Source: Eledone cirrhosa (Eukaryota). From it: a DNA stretch of 64,000 nt. The stretch is from contig OZ024746.1 of the NCBI GenBank assembly GCA_964016885.1, forward strand, positions 43,462,001-43,526,000. The letters are read 5' to 3'. Below the pieces are notes generated by a model. The model ran no database searches and was not told where the DNA came from. It saw only the letters and a program-made list of their open reading frames with translations. Numbering within the stretch: position 1 is the first letter of the stretch; the number at the start of each line of letters is the position of its first letter. This document shows positions 1 to 15,127 of the stretch, one piece after another. Position numbers and translations under genes: made by a program.

Positions 1-1
1 T

Positions 2-178
2 GAACATCATTGTCTGCAATGCAGTAGATTTTAGCTGCTTTATATCACCTTCAGGCATATAAGAGAAGCTGTTTTCTTCATATTCCTGGTGATGAGTAGT
101 AACAATAGTGTTTATTTTTGCGACTGATGGAAGTGGTGGTAGATGTAGTTGTAATAGCAGTAGTAAGAAGAGCAACAT
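2..178 (-). CDS. Candidate N-terminal coding segment with signal-peptide-like start, running off the window edge
   Basis: Minus-strand frame from ATG at 178 reads MLLFLLLLLQLHLPPLPSVAKINTIVTTHHQEYEENSFSYMPEGDIKQLKSTALQTMMF with no stop to base 1; no homology recognised. Confidence 0.2.
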   Translation of the reverse strand, partial: MLLFLLLLLQLHLPPLPSVAKINTIVTTHHQEYEENSFSYMPEGDIKQLKSTALQTMMF

Positions 179-659
179 CAGAAGCAGGTGTGCCTGATAG
201 CAAATGTAGTCGTTTTATAAATAATGATATCTTTTGCATCCAACACAGATTCCTAATCTGTTGAAAAACTAACAATATATACTGTCACTTCTTATTGATC
301 ACGAGAATTTCTTTAACTCTTCCTTCTATTTTATCAGGTTTTATGGAAATATTGAAAGAATATAGAGAAATAATTGGGAAAATAACAGAAACATACAAGG
401 GAAAATTCCATGACTTTTGATGTTAGTTTAATCATTATGGGTAATTCTTTGAAATGATACATTTTATGCATTATATCAGTTCTGAAAATATTTTCAATTA
501 AATCATTCCATAAATTAACCAATCAGAGCAGAAGTAATTATAAATTTTGTTGTAATTATTTATATATATTTCGAAATAGAAGAATAATAAACAAGTTATT
601 ATTATTATTATTATTATTATAAAGAAATCATTATTATTGATAAAGAAATCATTATTATA

Positions 660-790
660 CGTCCCTTTACGATCGGAGTTCAAATCCCGCCGAGGTTAAC
701 TTTGCTTTTCATCCTTACGGGGGTCGATAAAATAAAGTACCAGTAATGTACTGGGTAATTGCAGGCCTTGTGCCAAAAGTAGAAACAATT
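660..790 (+). mobile_element. tRNA-derived SINE, 5'-truncated
   Basis: B-box GAGTTCAAATCCC, body GCCGAGGTTAACTTTGC..GTCGATAAAATAAAGTACCAG, (ATT)n tail; near-identical to copies at 28943 and 48464. Confidence 0.7.
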
Positions 791-806
791 ATTATTATTA
801 TTATTA

Positions 807-1008
807 GGGCAGTGGATTGGCAGTATCACTAGATCATCAGACATCCTGCTTTGCGGCATAGAGTTTTTAGTTCAAATCCCACTGAGGTTAGCTTTGCCTT
901 TCATCTTTATGTAATCAATAAAATAAAGTACCAGTAATGCACTGGGGTCGATTTAATCTCCTTTCCCCACCGCCAAAATTGCTGGCCTTGTGCTATAGTA
1001 GAAATCAT
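807..1008 (+). mobile_element. tRNA-derived SINE, diverged copy
   Basis: A-box-like TGGCAGTATCACTAG, B-box GTTCAAATCC, same body and GGCCTTGTGC..AGTAGAAA end as other copies. Confidence 0.7.
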
Positions 1009-1085
1009 TATCATAAAACAGACTGAATAATGAGTTGGAGTGCGTAACCCAACAAAACTTAAGTACCTGTATATGTCACTGTTGA

Positions 1086-1120
<35 letters not shown>

Positions 1121-1162
1121 CTATATATATATACATATATATATATATACATATATATACAT

Positions 1163-1428
1163 GGAAAGTTATATTTAAATTGTTGGGTTACAACTAGTAA
1201 ATATTTATAACTGATATATTTATAACTGATATAAAAGCACTGCCAATTCAACTTTTCAAATACAAGTCGATGTTGTTACGGTATGTCAAATCTATTTATC
1301 TATAAAACTGGTTATATTGTATTTTGTCTGAGGAAGGCATAGCATATTGTTAATATGATATCCCTGAAATATATATAATGAAATAAATATGGTTTTATAA
1401 ATATAGTTTCCATTTATTTAATATTGTA
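1163..1428. mobile_element. PLE family A terminal-repeat (pLTR) fragments, partly inverted
   Basis: Homologous to the terminal repeat of the PLE at 47226-52503; 1163-1245 and 1260-1428 lie in opposite orientations. Confidence 0.7.
1320..1385 (+). ncRNA. Minimal type-I hammerhead ribozyme (family A)
   Basis: TATTTTGT-CTGAGGA-helix II (AGGCAT..ATCCCT)-GAAA-TATATA-TA-ATGAAATA; 8-bp helix I with two G.U pairs. Confidence 0.7.
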
Positions 1429-1586
1429 TACATATATATATATATATTTATATATATATATACATATATATATATAAATATATACATATATATACATATA
1501 TATATATAAATATATACATATATATATATGTATATATATATACATATATATATATGTATATATATATACACATATACATATATATG

Positions 1587-1690
<104 letters not shown>

Positions 1691-1742
1691 CATATATACA
1701 TATATATATATGTATATATATATACACATATACATATATATG

Positions 1743-2603
<861 letters not shown>

Positions 2604-2604
2604 C

Positions 2605-2936
<332 letters not shown>

Positions 2937-5525
2937 TTCGTTTCTGAATTTGTTTAGCAACATTCTTTATCTGAAAACGTGTGTTAAAACCGATATTGTT
3001 ATACTTTGGGAGGGTCATGTTGCCAATAAGAAACACACGCACCAGTTTGCTTTCACTTCAATTTATTATAATAAATTTATAAATTTAGGAATTTATAAAT
3101 TTCTGGTTGGTTGGTTGGTTCCACAACCAGATGGTTGTTTATATATTGTCAAAGTTCTTTCGTCACACATTCTGTGACCTCTTCAGTGACTGGGGATTCT
3201 TTTCTTTGTTTTTGTGCCTCTCCTTTGTTCTGTCCTACGCCATCTTGTTTCTGTGTGTGTGTTGTGTGCTCAGTCTGCGCATGCGCCACATCCGGGTGTC
3301 TGTGTGTGTTTGTATTCGTTTATTTATTTGTTTATTTACATGTTACAGGTTGGTTGTTTGTTCTATGTGCGTGTGTGTTTTCATTTTGTCCTTAATTGTA
3401 AGTTGTGATGTTGCTGTTCCACTCATGTTTTCTATTTAATTTTGGTTGTAATTCTTTTATGTTTATTGCCTCTGTGATTTGTCTAAACATTGCGTCTTTT
3501 CTGTGTGTAGATTCTACTTTTATTTCTATGTTCTCTAATTTACCCTTATGTTCTATTTTAGCATGTTGGTAGAGTACAGATGATTCTTTACTATCTTGAA
3601 GGTCTCGCCAGTGTTCATTTATCCGTTCCCCTACACTACGAGCTGTCTCACCTATGTACACTATATTTTTGTCTCTACATTGTCCTTCAGTACATCTTAT
3701 GCTATATACTACATTTCTAGTTTTACAGTTAATATGGGGGCTTAATTTACAGGTTATACATTTCTTATCCATACAGGGGGGTCTTTGAAAAGGGTATGTA
3801 TTGCTAATAAGTGTTTTTACAGAGGTACCTGGTCTTTCTACTATCTTAATATTGAGTTTATGTTTATCTAGGGCCCTGCTAAATTTGTAAGCTAATTCAC
3901 CTCTAGGGGTTGTATCGATGAACATTACACTCTGGTATTTATTGCTATCATACCATGAGTTTATTCTATTAGCCTTATTCCTAGTTCTTTCTATTCTATT
4001 CCAAAATTTGCTCCTATACAAGGGGCAGGTCCCATTTGTGTCATTATTTACCATTTTTTCCCATTTGGTTCTGGCTCCTCTATACACTCTGATTTTATCT
4101 CTCTGATTGTAACCAGAGAACTGCATACGGTGGATGAAGTGTTGTATGTGTCTCTCTAGTTCTTCGGGGTTGCACATGCGGGACACGTTTCTCATCACCC
4201 ATACCAAATCCGCAATCAGTATGTTGATTTTGGTATGGTCCGAAACAGCTGAGTTTCGGTAGATCAGATATTTGGAAGTCATGGGTTTGGCATAATGGGA
4301 ATGGAGGATTTGTTTTTTGTTATTAATGGTATCTAACCAGAGCTCTGTGTCTAGTACAGGTAATCGATGGTTGGGGTGTTTGCTTGGGTAGTCTATAGTA
4401 ACTCTAATACTCTGGTGGATGGAGTTAGCTATTTGCTGGATGCTTTCCATTGTGTTTTTCTCTAATTCCACACTGTTCTCTAGTGGGGGTGTTTTTACTA
4501 CGATGTTTATATTATCAATGTAGCGGGAGTACATTATCAGGGTTAAGAGGTCTTCTAATTGTTCTTTAAGTTTAAGTTTAAGTCTATTGTCCCACCATAC
4601 CATGAATAGGTTAGCTATGTCGCCTGCAATGCTAACACCAATGGCTGCTCCCTCCTCTTGGGCATATGTTTTTCCATTAAATTTGAACATATGTTCCTTA
4701 AGGGTTAATTTTATGCAGGCCCCCACCGCATGTGCAATCATTTTCTTTAGTTCATCGTGGTTTTCGGGGGTCCGTATGGCTCTGGTCCACCCGTTCCATC
4801 TATCTGTGTGGGTTTTCTTGGCCATTGAGGTAATGGTAGGTGGTCTGCCTCTTGCTGGTCTTGTAGGGCACAGGCTGCTAAGGCCATATGTATCTCGATA
4901 ATTATTACTATAGGTAAGTTTAAGTAGGAGTCCCAGCTCACTGGTATCAATCCCATGGAACTCAACATTGCTCTCACTGATCATTTCTACGCATTTCTCC
5001 ACAGCAAAATCCACGTCAATAGATGGGTACAGGGACACAACATCCATACTACTTATTATGCAGTTTGTTAGGTCCCTAGATCGGTTACTCTCGCCGATTC
5101 TGCTGAGGAGGTCCTCCGTGCTGTCACATACATCTGGGGACATTTCAATGATGGGCGTATGATCAGGGAGAGGAAGTAGGACAGTCTGTAGTTACTAGCA
5201 ATGTTAGCTCCACAGACTGGCCGTGTTGGTGGTCCCATGACAGGGTCACTGCCCGTTTTATGGTCTTTTCGAAGCCCATACAATGCTGGCACGTCATTAT
5301 TCCAGGCCTGGAAGTTGTTGGCAGTCCTTTTGTTGGGCTGCATTATATTCGTCCACATCACCATATGGGCATTGAGGACTTGTTCTCTATCCTCATGCTC
5401 TTGTGGTGTTACTTCTCTTGTGTTAGTGATGTGGGGTTGCATTGCCTGGATGTAGTTTGGCAGACTGTCAACCGACATTCTGCCAGACTTGTCTGTTGGA
5501 AAGCATGCTATGTCTCCATTACGCG
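2937..5525 (-). mobile_element. Penelope-like element (family B), 5'-truncated
   Basis: RT + C-terminal GIY-YIG ORF, 3' terminal repeat with HHR, ends in (TA)n. Confidence 0.9.
3148..3190 (-). ncRNA. Minimal hammerhead ribozyme (family B)
   Basis: GTCA-CTGAAGA-G-GTCACA gaatg TGTGAC-GAAA-GAAC-TT-TGAC. Confidence 0.7.
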
Positions 5526-5535
5526 AGTAGCCCAA
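3392..5535 (-). pseudogene. PLE reverse transcriptase + Zn-finger/GIY-YIG endonuclease, frameshifted near 5150
   Basis: PTDKSG, LYGLRKDHK, RPVC, MDVVSLYPSI, GAAIG, RYIDN (DD motif altered), PVLD, CxxxxCxx[25 protein letters not shown]. Confidence 0.9.
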
Positions 5536-5949
5536 TTTGCATATCGAGTGGGTTAATCGGCCGGGTGCACCGAAAAGGATAAACGGAAAAAATGAAACGA
5601 AATTTCATTTCCCACTCTTAGTACGGCTGTTACTTAACTATAAGTATGTACATGTACATACATATATGTATACAGACGTACAGTAGTATGTATATATATA
5701 TACATACATGCACACATATTTATATGTACGTATGGATTCACCGAACATTTATTATAATGCTCGGTGTGTTTGTAAATAAACATCTCGTATTAAGCCGTAG
5801 TGTCTAGCAACCATCGTTGCTCGTTTGTTCAACACTGACAAAGGAACGCTGTACTAGTTTCAAGCTTATTAGCTATCATCAGCAACGTATACCTTCCTGC
5901 CAGATTGTTGAACATATATACTTACCTTATGCATATTAACGGCTGAGTA
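5525..5949 (-). mobile_element. Single monomer of HHR-containing non-coding repeat (family C)
   Basis: Diverged homolog of the tandem unit at 6975-7866; begins GAGTAGCCC and ends GGCTGAGTA, i.e. one unit. Confidence 0.75.
5847..5887 (-). ncRNA. Minimal hammerhead ribozyme (family C)
   Basis: CGTTG-CTGATGA-T-AGCT aata AGCT-T-GAAA-CTAG-TA-CAGCG. Confidence 0.8.
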
Positions 5950-6063
5950 TATATATGTATATATACAAATATATACATATATATATATATATATATACAT
6001 ATAACGAAGGAAATGTGGTAAGGAACCAGGTGGACCATATATATATATACATATATATATATA

Positions 6064-6336
6064 TAGTTTAGCGAGGTTTTTTATATGAAATCGTGTGTCG
6101 AAACAGATATTGTTATATTTGGGGAGGGTCATATTATGTAAACTATATATATGTGTTTGTGTCTATATTGTATCTGTATTATTTTTGACCGCCGGTCAGT
6201 CAATGGCAACATTGAGGACCGAGTAAGTTAGATCGCAGATATAAAAGACAGCAAGAAGCGAAAACCAACCAAACAGTGAGTGTGTTCTGTTATTAATTCT
6301 GGCAATATTACGCAAATATGACCTCCCCAAATATAA

Positions 6337-6340
<4 letters not shown>
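6064..6340. mobile_element. PLE family G terminal repeat with inverted segment
   Basis: 6137-6338 is the reverse complement of ~54547-54759; 6064-6135 is in the opposite orientation and encodes [22 protein letters not shown]. Confidence 0.75.
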
Positions 6341-6403
<63 letters not shown>

Positions 6404-6412
6404 TGCATATAC

Positions 6413-6675
<263 letters not shown>

Positions 6676-6726
6676 CATATATATATATACATATATATAT
6701 ATACATATATATATATACATATATAC

Positions 6727-6850
<124 letters not shown>

Positions 6851-6908
6851 CTACATATATATATATACATATATATACATATATATATATATATATACAT
6901 ATATATAC

Positions 6909-6963
<55 letters not shown>

Positions 6964-7223
6964 CATATATATATAATGTAAGTATGCATGTATACGTACA
7001 TACATATATGTATACAGACGTACAGTAGCATGCACATATATATATATATATACATATATACATACATATGCATACAGGTACACATACATATATGCACGTA
7101 TCAGTTTAGCGGCGCTTATTATAACGTCGCTTTGTTCGTTTGTAAACAAACTAACAGCCCGAATTTATGCCATACGGTGTTAAGGCAACCACGTCACCTT
7201 TTTGTTCAACACTGACACAGGAA

Positions 7224-7264
7224 CGATGTACTAGTTTCAAGCTTGTTAGCTATCATCAGCACCG
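7224..7264 (-). ncRNA. Minimal hammerhead ribozyme (family C)
   Basis: CGGTG-CTGATGA-T-AGCT aaca AGCT-T-GAAA-CTAG-TA-CATCG. Confidence 0.85.
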
Positions 7265-7689
7265 TTTACCCATCTGCCAGATAGTTGAACGTTCGAAAGT
7301 ATATACTTTCCTTATGAAAATTAACGGCTGAGCAGCCTAATTTGCATATTGAGTGAGTTAAATCGGTCAGGCATACCGAAAACGATAAATTGAAACAAAA
7401 TGAAAACGAAATTTCATTTCTCACTCTTAGTATGGCACTTACTTAAATGTAAGTATGCATGTATACGTACATACATATATGTATACAGACGTACAGTAGC
7501 ATGCACATATATATATATATATACATATATACATACATATGCATACAGGTACACATACATATATGCACGTATCAGTTTAGCGGCGCTAACGTCGCTTTGT
7601 TCGTTTGTAAACAAACTGAACAGCCCGAATTTATGCCATACGGTGTTAAGGCAACCACGTCACCTTTTTGTTCAACACTGACACAGGAA

Positions 7690-7730
7690 CGATGTACTAG
7701 TTTCAAGCTTGTTAGCTATCATCAGCACCG
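7690..7730 (-). ncRNA. Minimal hammerhead ribozyme (family C)
   Basis: Identical to 7224-7264. Confidence 0.85.
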
Positions 7731-8126
7731 TTTACCCATCTGCCAGATAGTTGAACGTTCGAAAGTATATACTTTCCTTATGAAAATTAACGGCTGAGCA
7801 GCCTAATTTGCATATTGAGTGAGTTAAATCGGTCAGGCATACCGAAAACGATAAATTGAAACAAAATGCCGTATGGCATAAATTCGGGCTGTTCAGTTTG
7901 TTTACAAACGAACAAAGCGACGTTAGCGCCGCTAAACTGATACGTGCATATATGTATGTGTACCTGTATGCATATGTATGTATATATGTATATATATATA
8001 TATATGTGCATGCTACTGTACGTCTGTATACATATATGTATGTACGTATACATGCATACTTACATTTAAGTAAGTGCCATACTAAGAGTGAGAAATGAAA
8101 TTTCGTTTTCATTTTGTTTCAATATA

Positions 8127-8193
<67 letters not shown>

Positions 8194-8194
8194 G

Positions 8195-8260
<66 letters not shown>

Positions 8261-8270
8261 TATATGTATA

Positions 8271-10715
8271 TCATCATCATCATCATCATCAACGTTTAAC
8301 GTCCGTGTTCCACGCTTGCATGGGTTTGGACGTGGGTAGTCCCACTTGAGGCAAGAGTGATTTTCTTGCTCGCATAGGACTGTCTGGCAGGTTTTCTACA
8401 GTTGGATGCCCTTCCTAACACCAACCACATTTACAGTGTGGGTCTGGGAGGTTTTTACCGTGTTGCCTACACGGCCACATTACAGCGTGGACTGTGTGTT
8501 TTTTGTCGTGACACCTACACGATCTCATTTGTTTCGGCCTGGATGGCGCGGCACCAACATAACTTTACATTGAAAGGGGTGGTGTGGATGGGGTGGGGGG
8601 TGGGGGTGTATTTTGTTAGAGATGCCTACTGGCAAGGCGGGTCTTCTCTATTACTGAGTACCGCCAAAGGTCTCGGTCCAGTGACATTGTCTTGGTGAGG
8701 TGTAAGTGTGTGAGGTCGGAGTTTATCAGCTCGTCCCAGGTTTTTCTGGGTCTGCCTATTCCGTGGCTACCGTCTATCTTTATTGCCCTGCACTTTGTTA
8801 TACAGCTATCATCCTTCATGCGCATCACGTGACCATACCAACGTAGCCTTCTCTCTAGTAAACAACATCTGATCCCTCTTATTTCTAATTTTTTCCTTAG
8901 TTCGTTTATGCTTTGTGGTTCACGTATATTACTATTACACAACCAGCGGAGCATGCAAGCTTCGTTTCTCTCTAGTCTGCGTATATCCTCTGCACACAAT
9001 GCCCAGGTCTCACTGCCATGCAACATTGCTGTTCGTATGCAGGCATCGTACAGCCTGCCTTTCATTTTTAGGGAGAACCCTTTAGCGGCTAATAGTGGTA
9101 TAAGCTCTCTGAACTTTTTCCACCCAGTTCTGACTCTAGCTACTGTACTTTCAGAGCACCCTCCACCACTGCTGATTTTGTCACCCAGGTAACGGAAGCT
9201 GTCCACTATTTCTATAGAACCCTCTGCGCAGTTGAAAGAGCTAGTATTTTGTGGGCACTTGCTGCTACTTATATCCCCAGAACACCGGCCACATGTAAAA
9301 TCTATGTTCTTAGTTAGCTTACCTGTGATCCCACTACATCTTTTATGCACCCAAACTTTGCATTTGGGACACAAAATGGAATTTCTACCTACGCCTTTCC
9401 TACACTCTGCGCATGGCCACTTCCCGGAGGGGACCGCCGCCTTATTTTCTTTCTTACAAACTAGAACTTTAGTCTTAGCTAGGTTAATTTTAAGGCCTTT
9501 TGATTCTAGGCCGTGCTTCCATGTTTGGAATTTCTTCTCTAGCTCGGCCATTGATTCAGCTATGAGCGTTAGATCATCTGCGTATAGGAGTTCCCATGGG
9601 CAGCCGGTCTTGAACTCCACTGTTATAGCCTGGAGGGCAATAATAAATAGTAGGGGGCTAAGAACAGAGCCCTGATGAACACCAACCTTTACACTAAACT
9701 CTTCACTATATTCGTTGTTAATTCTAACCTTGCTAACTGTTTCTTTATACATGGCTTGTATAGCTCTCACAAGCCATTCATCAACACCTAGTTTTCTAAG
9801 AGCCCACCAGATAATGGAACGGGGGACTCTGTCGAAGGCCTTCTCCAAGTCGACGAAAGCTAAGTATAGGGGTTTACTTTTAGCTAGGTACTTCTCCTGT
9901 AGTTGTCGTACAATGAAAAGAGCGTCTGTGGTACTTTTTCCTGACACAAACCCGAACTGCATTTCATCTAGATCAATTCGCTCTCTGATTAGTTGCGCTA
10001 TAACTTTTTCCGTGACCTTCATGACCTGGTCGATTAATTTAATGCCTCTATAGTTACTCCTATCTAGGGCATCTCCTTTACCCTTATAACAGTTAACGAT
10101 AATGCTGCTGCGCCAGTCCTTCGGAACAACCCCATTCTGTATGACTTGGTTGACTATCCGGGTGACCATGGTGTGTCCCACCGTACCAGATGCCTTCAGC
10201 ATCTCGGCAACTATTTCCGAAGGCCCAGCCGCCTTGCCTGTCTTCATATCTTTGATTGCCTTACTTATTATACTACCCTCGACTAACACTGCTGGTCCCT
10301 CTATTGGGTCGATGTGGGGGAGACTGTCTTTCTCCCATTTATTCTCCTCATTTAGTAGCCTTTCATAGTGACACTTCCAAGCTACCTTCTTATCGGCGTC
10401 GGTGATGGCAAGTATGCCGTCATCGTTAAGTACACACTTCTCCCCGACAATATCACTGTTTTCCTTGACACATTGCCTAGCAATCCTGAACACCTCACGT
10501 TTTTGGTCATCGCGTTGTAGAACATGCTTGAACTTTCTTTCCTCTGCTTCCCTTCTTGCGAAGTACACTTGTCTCCTAGCTTCCCTCCTGGCCACTTGAT
10601 AGTCTTCTCTGCTTCCCCCATCCCGCCATACTTTCCAAGCCTGCTTTTTGGCCTTAATTGACCCCTCCACCTTACTGTTCCACCACCATGTTACTCTCCT
10701 CCTGCCTACTCTCCG
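8271..10715 (-). mobile_element. RTE-clade LINE, 5'-truncated, (GAT)n tail
   Basis: RT ORF followed by 3' UTR ending CATGCAAGCGTGGAACACGGACGTTAAAC(GAT)n. Confidence 0.9.
8616..10670 (-). CDS. RTE reverse transcriptase (C-terminal 684 aa, uninterrupted) with PHD-like insert
   Basis: [76 protein letters not shown]. Confidence 0.9.
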   Translation of the reverse strand: MEGSIKAKKQAWKVWRDGGSREDYQVARREARRQVYFARREAEERKFKHVLQRDDQKREVFRIARQCVKENSDIVGEKCVLNDDGILAITDADKKVAWKCHYERLLNEENKWEKDSLPHIDPIEGPAVLVEGSIISKAIKDMKTGKAAGPSEIVAEMLKASGTVGHTMVTRIVNQVIQNGVVPKDWRSSIIVNCYKGKGDALDRSNYRGIKLIDQVMKVTEKVIAQLIRERIDLDEMQFGFVSGKSTTDALFIVRQLQEKYLAKSKPLYLAFVDLEKAFDRVPRSIIWWALRKLGVDEWLVRAIQAMYKETVSKVRINNEYSEEFSVKVGVHQGSVLSPLLFIIALQAITVEFKTGCPWELLYADDLTLIAESMAELEKKFQTWKHGLESKGLKINLAKTKVLVCKKENKAAVPSGKWPCAECRKGVGRNSILCPKCKVWVHKRCSGITGKLTKNIDFTCGRCSGDISSSKCPQNTSSFNCAEGSIEIVDSFRYLGDKISSGGGCSESTVARVRTGWKKFRELIPLLAAKGFSLKMKGRLYDACIRTAMLHGSETWALCAEDIRRLERNEACMLRWLCNSNIREPQSINELRKKLEIRGIRCCLLERRLRWYGHVMRMKDDSCITKCRAIKIDGSHGIGRPRKTWDELINSDLTHLHLTKTMSLDRDLWRYSVIEKTRLASRHL

Positions 10716-11222
10716 GAACTCCGTAGTCCTTCCATCCTACATATCGAAGGCGACCAGGTAAACGATAGTATAGGCCTCTGGCTTATGATTGGTCCACGTA
10801 ATAATAATGGTGGTGTGTGGGGGCGGAAGGGAGGGGTGTTGAGTTGTGAGCGAGAAGATAGGTTTTAAGTGAGAACCCCGTATTAACGAACAAAAATACA
10901 AGATTTGTTTAGTAATTATACGACAAAAACTCCGTATTTTTACAATCATGACAGAAATACAAGAGATTTGTTTTGGAAAATACATGGGGAATGGAAAGAG
11001 GATAGAAAAAATGCTGTTGGAAGGGCTGACTACGGAGTTAGGCGTATGTTAGAAGAGGTGGAAAAATGAGTACATTACATTTTAACCATGAATGGATATA
11101 TATATATATGTATATATATATATATGTATATATATATATGTATATATATATATATGTATATATGTATATATATGTATATATATATATGTATATATGTATA
11201 TATATATATTCATATATATATA

Positions 11223-11266
<44 letters not shown>

Positions 11267-11273
11267 TATATAC

Positions 11274-12975
<1,702 letters not shown>

Positions 12976-12999
12976 AATATATATATATATATATATTCA

Positions 13000-13059
<60 letters not shown>

Positions 13060-13179
13060 TATATATATATACATTATATAGTAATAATAATAAAATTGAA
13101 GACTAAAATTCATATATATATATACATATATATATATATATGTTCATATATATATATATATTCATATATATATATACAT

Positions 13180-13849
13180 ATAAACGAACTAAGGAAAAAA
13201 TTAGAAATAAGAGGGTTCAGATGTTGTTTACTCGAGAGAAGGCTACGTTAGTATGGTCACGTGATGCGCATGAAGGACGATAGCTGTATAACAAAGTGCA
13301 GGGCAATAAAGATAGACGGTAGCCACGGAATAGGCAGAGCCAGAAAAACCTGGGACGAGCTGATAAACTCTGACCTCACACACTTACACCTCACCAAGAC
13401 AATGTCACTGGACCGAGACCTTTGGCGGTACTCAGTAATAGAGAAGATCCGCCTTACCTAAATACAAAGTAAAACCTACTACAGTCAGTAGGCATCTCTA
13501 AATACAAAATACCCCCCCACCCCCACCCCATCCACACCGCCCCCTTCTATGTAAAGTTATGATGGTGCCACAACATCCAGGCCGAAACAAATGAGATTGT
13601 GTAGGTGTCACGACAAACAAACACACAATCCACGCTGTAATGTGGCCGTGTAGGCAACACGGTAAAAACCTCCCAGACCCACACTGTAAATGTGGCTGGT
13701 GTTAGGAAGGGCATCCAACTGTAGAAAACCTGCCAGACAGTCCTATGCGTGCAAGACAATCACTCTTGCCTCAAGTGGGAAAAGCCTCGTCCAAACCCAT
13801 GCAAGCGTGGAACACGGACGTTAAACGTTGATGATGACGATGATGATGA
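13180..13849 (+). mobile_element. RTE LINE 3' fragment with (GAT)n tail
   Basis: Homologous to reverse complement of 8271-8910. Confidence 0.85.
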
Positions 13850-13970
13850 TATATTCATATATATACATATATATATATACATATATATATATATTCATAT
13901 ATATACATATATATATATATTCATATATATACATATATATATATACATATATATATATTCATATATATAC

Positions 13971-14020
<50 letters not shown>

Positions 14021-14157
14021 TCATATATATATATACACATATATATATATATTCATATATATATATACATATATATATATATTCATATATATATATACAT
14101 ATATATTCATATATATATATATATATATATATTCATATATATATATATATATATATA

Positions 14158-14229
<72 letters not shown>

Positions 14230-14455
14230 CATATGTATATACATGTATATATACATATGTACATACATATATATATACATACATATATATATATACATAC
14301 ATATACATACATATATATATACATACATATATATATATACATATATATATACACATACATATATATATATACATACATACACATACATATATATATATAC
14401 ATACATACTTACATATATATACATACATACTTACATATATATATATACTTACATA

Positions 14456-14487
<32 letters not shown>

Positions 14488-14572
14488 CATATATATACAT
14501 ACTTACATATATATACATACATACTTACATATATATACATACATACTTACATATATATACATACATACTTAC

Positions 14573-14612
<40 letters not shown>

Positions 14613-14692
14613 ACATATATATACATATATATATATACATACATATATATACATATATATATATATACATATACATACATATATATACATGC

Positions 14693-14729
<37 letters not shown>

Positions 14730-14730
14730 C

Positions 14731-14770
<40 letters not shown>

Positions 14771-14819
14771 ACATACATATATATATATACATATATATAT
14801 ATACATATATATATACATA

Positions 14820-14860
<41 letters not shown>

Positions 14861-14923
14861 ATATACATATATATACATATATATACATATATATATATAA
14901 CAATTTCTATACCTTCATTTATA

Positions 14924-14986
<63 letters not shown>

Positions 14987-15036
14987 ATACATATATATAC
15001 ATATATATATATACATATATATATATACATATATAC

Positions 15037-15093
<57 letters not shown>

Positions 15094-15094
15094 C

Positions 15095-15127
<33 letters not shown>

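Larger units (their letters stand above)
6975..8120 (-). repeat. Tandem array of 466-bp HHR-containing units (family C) plus inverted partial unit (7867-8120)
   Basis: Equivalent positions at 7224 and 7690 give a 466-bp period; 7867-8120 is the reverse complement of ~7390-7643. Confidence 0.85.

Noticed and set aside
7806-7816. ATTTGCAT octamer in family C as an snRNA-type promoter element
   Set aside because: An 8-mer in AT-rich DNA with no recognisable PSE or snRNA body
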